DNA of 23,851 nt, taken from positions 1 to 23,851 of the forward strand of contig NIVC01005173.1 of assembly GCA_002269645.1 (NCBI GenBank), given 5' to 3'. The position numbers and the translations under genes are program-made. Numbering within the stretch: position 1 is the first letter of the stretch; every line of letters starts with the position of its first letter. The DNA is from Macrostomum lignano. Taxonomy: Eukaryota. This document shows positions 9,277 to 18,726 of this stretch, piece after piece. The notes beneath the pieces were generated by a model. That model was not told the origin of the DNA. It saw only the letters and a program-made list of their open reading frames with translations, and made no database searches.

Positions 9277-9792
9277 ACGGGTGTCCCAAAAAAGGTAACA
9301 CTTTGTGCGCTCACTGTGAGTGAGCAGTTAGGCCTATAGCACAGTAATTTAACAGGTCCACAGTAAACATTTGTAAGTTTTTCCCACAAACATTTGGTTG
9401 CGAAAAATTGCTCCAGAGGCGAGTTATTGAGCACAGAAGTGTACGCTAGCTTTTCTGCCAAGCTTTGCCATACACAGCTGCCATAGACAATCTTAACGTT
9501 TAAGAAATTTAAGAAATTTTAACGTTAGATCAGTCTCAGAGTCTATGCATGCTCTGTCATTTTTCTTACGCAAAAGATTGTCTATGGCCTCCGTCTATGG
9601 CAAAGCTTAGCAGAGAAGCTAGCGTACACTTCTGTGCTCAATAACTCGCCTCTGGAGCAATTTTTCGCAACCAAATGTTTGTGGGAAAAACTTACAAATG
9701 TTTACTGTGGACCTGTTAAATTACTGTGCTATAGGCCTAACTGCTCACTCACAGTGAGCGTACAAAGTGTTACCCTTTTTTGGGACACCCGT
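9277..9792. mobile_element. 516-bp non-autonomous foldback element/MITE with about 218-bp terminal inverted repeats and TA target duplication
   Basis: Arm 9277-9494 is nearly the reverse complement of 9574-9792. Termini are ACGGGTGTCCCAAAAAA / TTTTTTGGGACACCCGT, with TA at 9275-9276 and 9793-9794. Confidence 0.93.
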
Positions 9793-10011
9793 TATAATCA
9801 CTGGGGAGGCAACAATTAAAGACAGACTTTTCAACTGTCTATAGTCCGAATCGGGGGTCTTTGAAGCAACCTCGGTGCCGCTTTGGCTGCAAATAGGCTC
9901 ACGCATTCAGCATATGGTGAAGAAAAGGAAGCCTGCGAGCTGAGCAGCGAGCTTTTTGAGGAACATTGGGAGAGCGTCGCTACCGCAGATGAATCCCTGG
10001 GTGAACAGGAT

Positions 10012-10200
10012 AATATATATGCAGCGGAATATTGATGAAGTTTATTGTTGTTCATCTTGTGTTCTCATACAGCTGCATCGAGTTCTGCTTAAAGTTTAAT
10101 TCGTTATGTAGCGGAAAATTTCCGGTAAAGAATCGCGAGTTTGGAATTTGTGCAAGACTTTATTCATTTGCACTGTGAGTGCACAGCAGCAGTTCACTAC
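10012..10200 (-). promoter_or_regulatory. Direct-repeat copy B; probable 3' UTR/polyadenylation region of the 10330-13052 gene
   Basis: Minus-strand AATAAA at 10164-10159 and 10046-10041, about 170 and 285 nt past the stop codon; duplicated at 7291-7475. Confidence 0.6.
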
Positions 10201-10329
10201 TGTGAGTTGACTGTGCACTTGCCAGCTGAGGCCATGTGATCGTATTTGAGGAATGTTTTTTATGATGAGACACAGATAGAGGGTTCTGTTCGATGCTGGA
10301 AATCAAAATCTGCAGGTAGAATTTCAGTA

Positions 10330-10473
10330 CTAATGCGCAGCAGGTGCGTTCGGATTGGGATAAAGTCCCGGGGCCTGCGGCGGCGGCGGCGGCGGCGGCG
10401 GCGGCTGCTGCTGCTGCTGGTAGCTGCCGTACTGCTGCTGCCCGGCTGCGTATCCGGGATACCCGACTGGTGC
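10330..10473 (-). CDS. Terminal exon of the poly-Asn type-I membrane protein (APVGYPGYAAGQQQYGSYQQQQQP9QAPGLYPNPNAPAAH*)
   Basis: Acceptor ctttctcacgactgcAG in phase 0, matching the exon-1 donor; 144 nt ending in TAG. Pro/Gln/Tyr/Gly-rich tail; the frame is absent from the ORF track. Confidence 0.85.
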   Translation of the reverse strand, partial: APVGYPGYAAGQQQYGSYQQQQQPPPPPPPPPQAPGLYPNPNAPAAH

Positions 10474-10533
10474 CTGCAGTCGTGAGAAAGCAGAGCGATT
10501 GATGCGAATTGCGGTCCGAACTCCATGCGTACC

Positions 10534-12501
10534 TGTGGCTCTAACTTTGGTGTCCTTGGCTAACTCTGGTGTCCTTGGCTAGCTCTGGTGTCCATGGCTA
10601 ACTCTGGTGTCCTTGGCTAACTCTGGTGTCCTTGGCTAACTCTGGTGTCCTTGGCTAACTCTGGTATCCATGGCTAACTCTGGTGTCCTTGGCTAACTCT
10701 GGTGTCCTTGGCTAACTCTGGTGTCCTTGGCTAACTCTGGTATCCATGGCTAACTCTGGTATCCATGGCTAACTCTGGTATCCATGGCTAACTCTGGTAT
10801 CTGTAGGCAGCGCCTCCTATCGTGTGTGTTGGGGTGTTGTTAGCGGCTGCGCCGCGTGACTCTGCTAGCTCAATTCTTATGCGTACAATATCAAATGTGC
10901 ATGGTGCGACTTTAGCCACCATTCTGACTCAGCTCAATAATTCAATAAATATACTGATCGCTATTATTCTCGCCTGCAAGCTTTCGGAAACTATCGACTA
11001 CAACAAGCAGTCTAGCCTCGTTTCACGCACTACAGTATCCATGGCTAGCTCTGGTATGCATGGCTGACTCTGCTATCCATGGCTAGCTCTGGTATGCATG
11101 GCTGACTCTGCTATCCATGGCTAGCTCTGGTATGCATGGCTGACTCTGCTATCCATGGCTCTAACTCTGGTTTCCATGGCTAGCTCTGGTATCCATGGCT
11201 AGCTCTGGTATGCATGGCTAGCTCTGGTATCCATGGCTAGCTCTGGTATGCATGGCTGACTCTGCTATCCATGGCTCTAACTCTGGTTTCCATGGCTAGC
11301 TCTGGTATCCATGGCTAGCTCTGGTATGCATGGCTGACTCTGCTATCCATGGCTCTAACTCTGGTTTCCATGGCTAACTCTGGTATCCATGGCTATCTCT
11401 GGTGTCCATGGCTCTAACTCTGCTATCTATGGCTCTAACTCTGGTATCCATGGCTAGCTCTGGTATCCATGGCTGACTCTGCTATCCATGGCTAGCTCTG
11501 GTATGCATGGCTGACTCTGCTATCCATGGCTAGCTCTGGGATGCATGGCTAGCTCTGGTATGCATGGCTGACTCTGCTATCCATGGCTAGCTCTGGTATG
11601 CATGGCTGACTCTGCTATCCATGGCTAGCTCTGGTATGCATGGCTGACTCTGCTATCCATGGCTAGCTCTGGTATGCATGGCTGACTCTGCTATCCATGG
11701 CTCTAACTCTGGTTTCCATGGCTAGCTCTGGTATCCATGGCTAGCTCTGGTATGCATGGCTGACTCTGCTATCCATGGCTCTAACTCTGGTTTCCATGGC
11801 TAGCTCTGGTATCCATGGCTAGCTCTGGTATGCATGGCTGACTCTGCTATCCATGGCTCTAACTCTGGTTTCCATGGCTAACTCTGGTATCCATGGCTAG
11901 CTCTGGTATGCATGGCTGACTCTGCTATCCATGGCTCTAACTCTGGTTTCCATGGCTAACTCTGGTATCCATGGCTGACTCTGGTATGCATGGCTGACTC
12001 TGCTATCCATGGCTCTAACTCTGGTTTCCATGGCTAGCTCTGGTATCCATGGCTAGCTCTGGTATGCATGGCTGACTCTGCTATCCATGGCTCTAACTCT
12101 GGTTTCCATGGCTAGCTCTGGTATCCATGGCTAGCTCTGGTATGCATGGCTGACTCTGCTATCCATGGCTCTAACTCTGGTTTCCATGGCTAACTCTGGT
12201 ATCCATGGCTATCTCTGGTGTCCATGGCTCTAACTCTGCTATCTATGGCTCTAACTCTGGTATCCATGGCTAGCTCTGGTATCCATGGCTGACTCTGGTG
12301 TCCATGGCTCTAACTCTGCTATCTATGGCTCTAACTCTGGTATCCATGGCTAACTCTGATATCCATGGCTAGCTCTGGTATCCATGGCTGACTCTGGTGT
12401 CCATGGCTCTAACTCTGCTATCTATGGCTCTAACTCTGGTATCCATGGCTAACTCTGATATCCATGGCTATCTCTGGTATCCATGGCTATCTCTGGTATC
12501 C
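10534..12501. repeat. Intronic 19/21-bp satellite (TATCCATGGCTAGCTCTGG family), about 90 units, with a 78-bp higher-order unit
   Basis: 19-nt period with 21-nt CTCTAACT variants; the same variant recurs at 11701, 11779 and 11857 (78-nt spacing). Confidence 0.96.
10801..11035. mobile_element. 235-bp MITE-like insertion in the satellite, 6-bp TIR CTGTAG/CTACAG, 3-bp TAT target duplication
   Basis: Reads GG-TAT-[CTGTAG...CTACAG]-TAT-CC; removing the insert and one TAT restores the satellite unit GGTATCC exactly. Confidence 0.78.
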
Positions 12502-12623
12502 GTAATGTTGCAGTATTTGATCACAGCAAGGCATTGAGTGCATCAAATTAACAAAACAATTTTGCGATTTCCGTATCTAAGCTGCATTAAATTGACAGCG
12601 GGCAGGCCCGCGCAGAGCCTCAC

Positions 12624-13052
12624 CTGAGCCTGTGGGGGCGGCTGCCGAAGGTGGGGGGCCGGCTGCAGCACGGCTCCCTGGGTGGCTCCTCCCTGCTTGC
12701 CCGACTTTTTGCACACGCAAACGACGACGGCAACGATGGCAACGACAACACCAACCGAGACGATCACGCCAATCACTATGCCGACTATGGCGCCCACTTT
12801 CACTGTGTTTTCCACTTCCTCAATATCTTTATCAATGTCGGTATTTTCCGGCTGCGCGTTGTTGTTCATATTGTTTAGATTGTTGTTGTTTAGATTGTTG
12901 TTGTTTAGATTGTTGTTGTTTAGATTGTTGTTATTGCTGCCGTGGAAAAATTGCTTTTGTAATGTAGGCGAGTACGTGTAGGCACTGATTGTCGGAAGAC
13001 CCAGACACAGCAGCAGCAATAATATCCGTACATCTTTTGCTTCCGACTTCAT
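12624..13052 (-). CDS. Exon 1 of a type-I membrane protein with poly-Asn ectodomain (Shisa/CYYR1-like architecture); spliced product about 190 aa
   Basis: Signal peptide (RILLLLLCLGLPTISA), (NNNNL)4 from a 15-bp repeat, TM VGAIVGIVIGVIVSVGVVVAIVAVVV, then CVCKK. Donor CAG|GTGAGG at 12623; the ORF-track tail VRLCAGL... is intron read-through. Confidence 0.88.
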
Positions 13053-13271
13053 AATGCTGTGCCGTTAGAGTTTGCTGGCAACTTGCTGAGATGACGTTGA
13101 TAGAGCTGAAACTGAGCCTCTGAGTTTGCTTAGTGCTGCAAGTCAGTTGAAAATACGAGTGAGCGGTTTAAAAAGGAGAGTCTTGGGGCATTTATTGTCT
13201 ATGGTCCACATGGGAGCTTTATGATAGTAACACTAGTATGGCAAACAAATTGATACCACAATGTATGATTA

Positions 13272-13365
13272 TCGAGAGGTCACGCTTCACACACAACTGC
13301 CATAGCGTCGAAGCGGGTAGGCCGAGACGCGGTAAGGCAGTTGTGTGTGAAGCGTTACCTCTCGA
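13272..13365. mobile_element. 94-bp mini-MITE: 30-bp TIRs (1 mismatch), 34-bp spacer, TA target duplication
   Basis: TA-TCGAGAGGTCACGCTTCACACACAACTGCC ... GGCAGTTGTGTGTGAAGCGTTACCTCTCGA-TA. Confidence 0.8.
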
Positions 13366-13410
13366 TAGTGGAATTGTGTCTATTTTCGTCCAAAAACCAA
13401 TTCAAAACGG

Positions 13411-13472
13411 CTATGACACAACTTCCCAGACGGGAATTGTTCCCTAAGCGATTCTAGGGATTTGTGTCATAG
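13411..13472. repeat. Short imperfect inverted repeat (CTATGACACAA...TTGTGTCATAG)
   Basis: 11-bp perfect arms extended by an imperfect TCCC/GGGA pairing; a related GAATTGTGTCCTAT lies at 13371. Confidence 0.6.
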
Positions 13473-14221
13473 GCATTTTCCACTTGGCGCAAGCCAAATG
13501 ATGGCCATAGACTAAACGTCTGGAACGAAAAATTAAGCGGAACAGTCTGAAATTACCATAGACGAAACATTTTAAATGAAGTTGTGGTCTTATAAGCTGG
13601 AACTCTGCAGCAGAGGATACATGTTCCTGTTTCCTCTCTTTGCCCTAACCTCTATTCATGCCACTTTTTGAATTTGCCGATTGAAAAGCATTGACGGCTT
13701 GAATGGAAATGAGGTCAACTTTCTCAGCGACTTGAGTATGGGTGGACGTGACGAGGTGGATGACGAAGAGTTGATGGAGTTCATCCGATTCATTGAATGC
13801 GGTAACTATGATGCTTGCCCCGAGGATCCCATGCGGAACAAACGATGCAATTCGGCCGATTTGAGAGTAACGTCTAAAGACATTTTTTATATAAACAAGA
13901 CATTTCTTATTATTTTTCTTTTCGTACATGTATACAATCTGTTTATTCAGCTTTGTTGTATTGAATAAAAAATATCCTCGCAAACGCATTGATACAGGAA
14001 TATACAGATTGCTCATCTGCAAATGGGTATATCCAAATATAACCCGTTGGGAATATCCAAAGATGGGGGCGGCTTGACCATAGACTATTCGCAGATAAGC
14101 AATCTGTTATATTCCTGTTTCGATGCCTGAAAGTCACAATCGCAAAAAACCCTCATACAGGAAACTCAAAAACGAAAAGCTTGCAATTCAAAAGTCCTTT
14201 GCTGTCATTGCAATCAGTGAG

Positions 14222-15177
14222 TCACCACATCCCCGTACCACTGCGGCGGACGCCCGATTCCTCACTCGCTCGAGTCGCCGTCGGTGCTCCTTGATGCGGC
14301 GACAGCTCTTCAGCCGCCTCCGCCGCCGCTCCTGCCGCAGCCGCGGGTGTCGGAGCCGTCGTGGAGGCCGGCGCGGGCCACTGCGGCAGTGCTCCTGCCG
14401 CCCGCTGCACCCGCAGTCGACGTGCCAACGAGAGCCGTCACTGAGGATCACTGTGGTGGCGCTCGCAATACTCGAGATCTCCAGCGGCTCGGACAGCCGG
14501 CTGCTCAGCTTGCCACGCGCGAACGGCCGCCTCACGCGCACCCAGTCGCCGACCTTGAACGCCGGCGGTGGCCTCCTGGCCGAGTTGAGCTTGCTGAAGA
14601 CTCACTGCTGCTTCTGCCTGATGCTGCCAGCCAGATTGTGCCGCGATGGCGTCCTTGGCTGCAGTGCAGTCAGCGGAGTTCTGATTTTCCGGCTCGTCAT
14701 CAGCTCCGCGGGTGACACCCCGTCAGGGCGTGCGGGGAGGCCCGGTATGACCACAGCAGCGCCCTCACCGCGTCCTTGAAGCCGTAGCCGTCCTGCAGGT
14801 GCGTCTTCAGGCCGTCTTTCAGAAACCGGTTGAAGCGCTCGACTGCAGCGGGTGGTAGTGCGGCGACTGGCGGTGCTGGATGCTGCAGCGCTGGAGGAAG
14901 TCCTTGAAGTCACTGGACATGAACTGCGGCCCGCCGTCCGTGTTGATGCTCTTTGAAAGTCCCAATTGGCTGAACCACGTCGTTAGGGCGTAGATCACGT
15001 CGCTGTGGTCACTGTGGACATGCAGACTGCTCCTGGCCACTTCGAATGCAGGTCGTACAGCACCAGAATGAAGCGACATGAGTTCGGCGCCGAATGCAGC
15101 TCGCCCAAGCTATCGAGCTGAAGCTCCTTCCAAGGTCGCGTCGCTCTGCTCACTCCGAGGTGCCCAAAGTGCTGCAC
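14222..15177 (-). mobile_element. Gypsy/Ty3-type LTR-retrotransposon integrase fragment, frameshifted, no LTR detected
   Basis: HFGHLGVSR, RPWKELQLDSLG, LYDLHSKWP, SINTDGGPQFMS, SPHYHP, ERFNRFLK, SPAELM..R.IRT and FKVGDWVRV motifs occur in order across shifted frames. Confidence 0.9.
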
Positions 15178-15309
15178 TGGCTCTGCCGCTGACGGGGTTC
15201 ACGTCTTCGTAAGAGTCGTGACGCAAAATATCTCTTTTTTTCTGGGCTTTTCAGCCCGGCAGAGCTCCCGCTCGTCCACTAAAAGAGTAAATCTTCTTCA
15301 GGGGCAGTG

Positions 15310-15690
15310 GACGGGTGGTGTCAGATTCAAAGCTGAAGAGTTGAGAGAGATTTGGGACGTATTCGGATAGTAAAGCATCCAGCTATCCGACAGTTCGAGC
15401 ATTGCCGTGAAACCGTCTCTACCCGGCTTGGATTTGCCGGCAGGTCCGAACTGGTAGCCAGCAGCAGGCGGTGCAGCTCGTCGGCGTTGGTGATGGCACT
15501 GCAAGTTGGGATCCAGGCACGGTGCCGGTGTGTCCGTGTTCGCTCGTCCTCCCTGTAGATGAACTCCAGTCGAAGGTTTTCAGCATCTCGAAGAGCTGCT
15601 GCACAGACTTGATATCGGCTTGTTTGATGTGGAGTGCCTGATCCTCGACGCTCGTCTTCAGGAGTTGGAGCACGGTACCGCCGAAAAATT
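15310..15690 (-). pseudogene. Degraded coding-like fragment, tentatively a P-element-like transposase piece
   Basis: Two joined frames read LQFFGGTVLQLLKTSVEDQ...LFEMLKTFDW and AWIPTCSAITNADELHRLLL...RVETVSRQCS. The sequence is GC-rich and coding-like, but the family resemblance is loose. Confidence 0.25.
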
Positions 15691-16394
15691 GTAGGCTATA
15701 TAATAAATTATGAAAAATACCCAAGTAAATGACTCGATTCCAGATGGCTACTTTAAATAGTTAATTTCGTGTTAGAGCTTTTATAATATTTCTTTTATAA
15801 CTGGCATACATTAGTAGAAAAATAGAACAAACAAGCTGAAAAGGGATGCATTCAAAACTGTTATTTTAATTTTATCGATGATTTGTTATAGTAGCCTAGA
15901 AAACGAGCTTGCCATGCAAAGCATGTCTAAGATATAAGCTCATGTGAGACCATAGTCACTTAGAGAGTCTGAATAAAATATGTAGAAAACTGAACTGAAA
16001 AAAAATTACAGAAACTGGGAGTAGAATGTGCAGAGGATATTTTTAGGTGAATTCACACGGATTACAGACGTTTCTCCCGAAACTTTTCGCCCGAGAATCA
16101 TTCCTCCAAAGGTGGAGTCAACATGGAGGGTTGAAAATGGCACCCGAAATGACCTAAATATCTCTCTTTCTTTATCATTTCAATGTGGTACGCAGTGCAA
16201 AATTATTTGTTTTACTGCCAGCGTACACCAGAGAGTGACTCGGGCTGCAAAGTCTTCGGGTTGAAATGTCCCGTACGAAGGACAAAAAAAAATAAATAAA
16301 TTTCTGAATATGAACTTTCCGCTCATGTAAGAGTGCTTTCATTTTCATAGAGTATTAGCTCGTAAAATAAGCCATTCGAGTCGCCCAGCACAGC

Positions 16395-16994
16395 CTAGTA
16401 CCTCTGCTGCTCAGCGGCAGGCAGCGGCGGCATCTGCGAGTCGGCGGTTGTCGGGTACGGCGCCTGCTGCCCGTTCTGGTAGCCGTAGTTCGCGTTGCCT
16501 TGGTAATCAGCGGCCCCGTTCGAGTAGCCCATGGCCGGCCCGGAGCCCTCGTAGGGCGGCGGTGGCGACACGCCGGGATAGCCGTCCTGCTTGGGGTTGT
16601 CGGACGGCTGGCCGCCGGCGGGCGCGGCCGGATATCCGCCTGGCGGCGACACTGTAGAGATGGCGGCCGGCCCGCCGACTGTCATGGGCACCGGGGGCGG
16701 CGCCCTAACCACACCGCCGCTGGCCGCGCGGCGCCGCTTGCGCAGGCAGCACAGGAAGACGATGAGGCCGACCACCAGGCCGATGAAGGTGAGCGCGCCG
16801 ACCACGGCGCCGATGATGCCGCCAACGGAGATGGCAGTGCCAGTATAGTAGTAACCGATGTAGATTCTGCTGCTGTAGGTGTAGCGGTAGGAGTGGTAGT
16901 AGTAGTAGTAGTAGTAGACGGCCTGCGCTTGCCTGCAGGCAAACAGAAGCAGCAGCAGGAGAGCCTGTCTGCCGATTGCTGCAACAGATTGCAT
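16395..16994 (-). CDS. Type-I membrane protein with poly-Tyr ectodomain and PPPY tail (CYYR1/Shisa-like architecture), 199 aa, single coding exon
   Basis: Signal peptide, VYYYYYYYHSYRYTYSS ectodomain, TM VGGIIGAVVGALTFIGLVVGLIVFL, CCLRKRRR, and a Pro/Gly/Tyr tail with PPPPY. A possible 5'-UTR acceptor ttcAG lies just before the ATG. Confidence 0.92.
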   Translation of the reverse strand: MQSVAAIGRQALLLLLLFACRQAQAVYYYYYYYHSYRYTYSSRIYIGYYYTGTAISVGGIIGAVVGALTFIGLVVGLIVFLCCLRKRRRAASGGVVRAPPPVPMTVGGPAAISTVSPPGGYPAAPAGGQPSDNPKQDGYPGVSPPPPYEGSGPAMGYSNGAADYQGNANYGYQNGQQAPYPTTADSQMPPLPAAEQQRY

Positions 16995-17726
16995 CCTGAA
17001 GACTCAAAGAGAGCTGTGCTTAAATTTTTGAAATAAAAAAGTAAAGCATTTCTGTTGAGAAAGAAATATATATTGAGCTTTTGAGGGGCGAAGGCTCAAC
17101 CTGCGTTTCCTTTCCCCGTTTCCATTGGCCTCCGCTCTGTTTGAGCTGGTCGGAGACGAACAATAATTGCTCCTGCGTACGCCTTGAGTGCCAGCGCAAG
17201 GAATTATGGGCGGCGAGGTTGGGCGCTGGACAACAATCGCTTGACAATGCCTGCCTCAAGAGTAAATGCAAAGAAAGAGCAGAGCAGTTTAATGCCCTGC
17301 TTCTGAAAATGCCCTTCGGTCCGCACAGCCGTGTGGTCACTGGGGGGCGAGGCTCAAGTTAGCCGTCCTCAGTCGGGGCAGAGCTGCGCTTCGAACGTGC
17401 TCAGGGTGAAGTTCATTGTGCGACTGCGCAGGGAAAGAGTGAGAGAAGCTCGGGCAGACAGAATTGAAGAACAGAGCGAGAATAATGCTTGTGGTTTACT
17501 ATTGAGCCGCATACTGTAGTATCCCGCTTCAATGTGAGCCACCGTCTTGTTGTTTTGTTAAAATGGGTCAGGCTTATATTTACCGTAAGTGAGGCGTATT
17601 TTGAATATAGCATGTTTAATGACATGCGCTACAAAATGAGCCAACAGAAATCAGATGCAAAGACCAGCGTCGAGTCCGTTCAGCGGTCACTGAAACAGCC
17701 TTGACTGCTTGACTCCCTGACTCCTT

Positions 17727-18726
17727 GATAGCTTGATAGCTTGATAGCTTGATAGCTTGATAGCTTGATAGCTTGATAGCTTGATAGCTTGATAGCTTGA
17801 TAGCTTGATAGCTTGATAGCTTGATAGCTTGATAGCTTGATAGCTTGATAGCTTGATAGCTTGATAGCTTGATAGCTTGATAGCTTGATAGCTTGATAGC
17901 TTGATAGCTTGATAGCTTGATAGCTTGATAGCTTGATAGCTTGATAGCTTGATAGCTTGATAGCTTGATAGCTTGATAGCTTGATAGCTTGATAGCTTGA
18001 TAGCTTGATAGCTTGATAGCTTGATAGCTTGATAGCTTGATAGCTTGATAGCTTGATAGCTTGATAGCTTGATAGCTTGATAGCTTGATAGCTTGATAGC
18101 TTGATAGCTTGATAGCTTGATAGCTTGATAGCTTGATAGCTTGATAGCTTGATAGCTTGATAGCTTGATAGCTTGATAGCTTGATAGCTTGATAGCTTGA
18201 TAGCTTGATAGCTTGATAGCTTGATAGCTTGATAGCTTGATAGCTTGATAGCTTGATAGCTTGAAAGCTTGATAGCTTGATAACTTGATAGCTTGATAGC
18301 TTGATAGCTTGATAGCTTGATAGCTTGATAGCTTGATAGCTTGATAGCTTGATAGCTTGATAGCTTGATAGCTTGATAGCTTGATAGCTTGATAGCTTGA
18401 TAGCTTGATAGCTTGATAGCTTGATAGCTTGATAGCTTGATAGCTTGATAGCTTGATAGCTTGATAGCTTGATAGCTTGATAGCTTGATAGCTTGATAGC
18501 TTGATAGCTTGATAGCTTGATAGCTTGATAGCTTGATAGCTTGATAGCTTGATAGCTTGATAGCTTGATAGCTTGATAGCTTGATAGCTTGATAGCTTGA
18601 TAGCTTGATAGCTTGATAGCTTGATAGCTTGATAGCTTGATAGCTTGATAGCTTGATAGCTTGATAGCTTGATAGCTTGATAGCTTGATAGCTTGATAAC
18701 TTGATAGCTTGATAGCTTGATAGCTT
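17727..18726. repeat. (GATAGCTT)125 octanucleotide satellite
   Basis: Phase is conserved over 1000 nt with no indels; I see 3 internal substitution variants (GAAAGCTT, GATAACTT x2). Degenerate 8-mers flank both ends. Confidence 0.99.

Noticed and set aside
9910-10035. Acidic frame AYGEEKEACEL...NIYAAEY* as the C-terminus of the Crypton recombinase
   Set aside because: No YR catalytic motifs (H-x-x-R, H/W, Y) are recognisable; it may be a chance open frame.
13681-13968. 95-aa ORF (SIDGLNGNEVNFLSDL...)
   Set aside because: TTG start, no recognisable motif and an AT-rich tail; it may be a TE remnant but cannot be supported.
14221-14235. PPT plus LTR start (GGGGA|TGTGG on the minus strand)
   Set aside because: It also reads RPPQWYGDVVTH*, the usual integrase C-terminal end; the purine run is too short and no second LTR copy is seen.
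17020-17700. Short ORFs upstream of the poly-Tyr gene
   Set aside because: No motifs, splice logic or consistent strand; treated as intergenic or 5' region.
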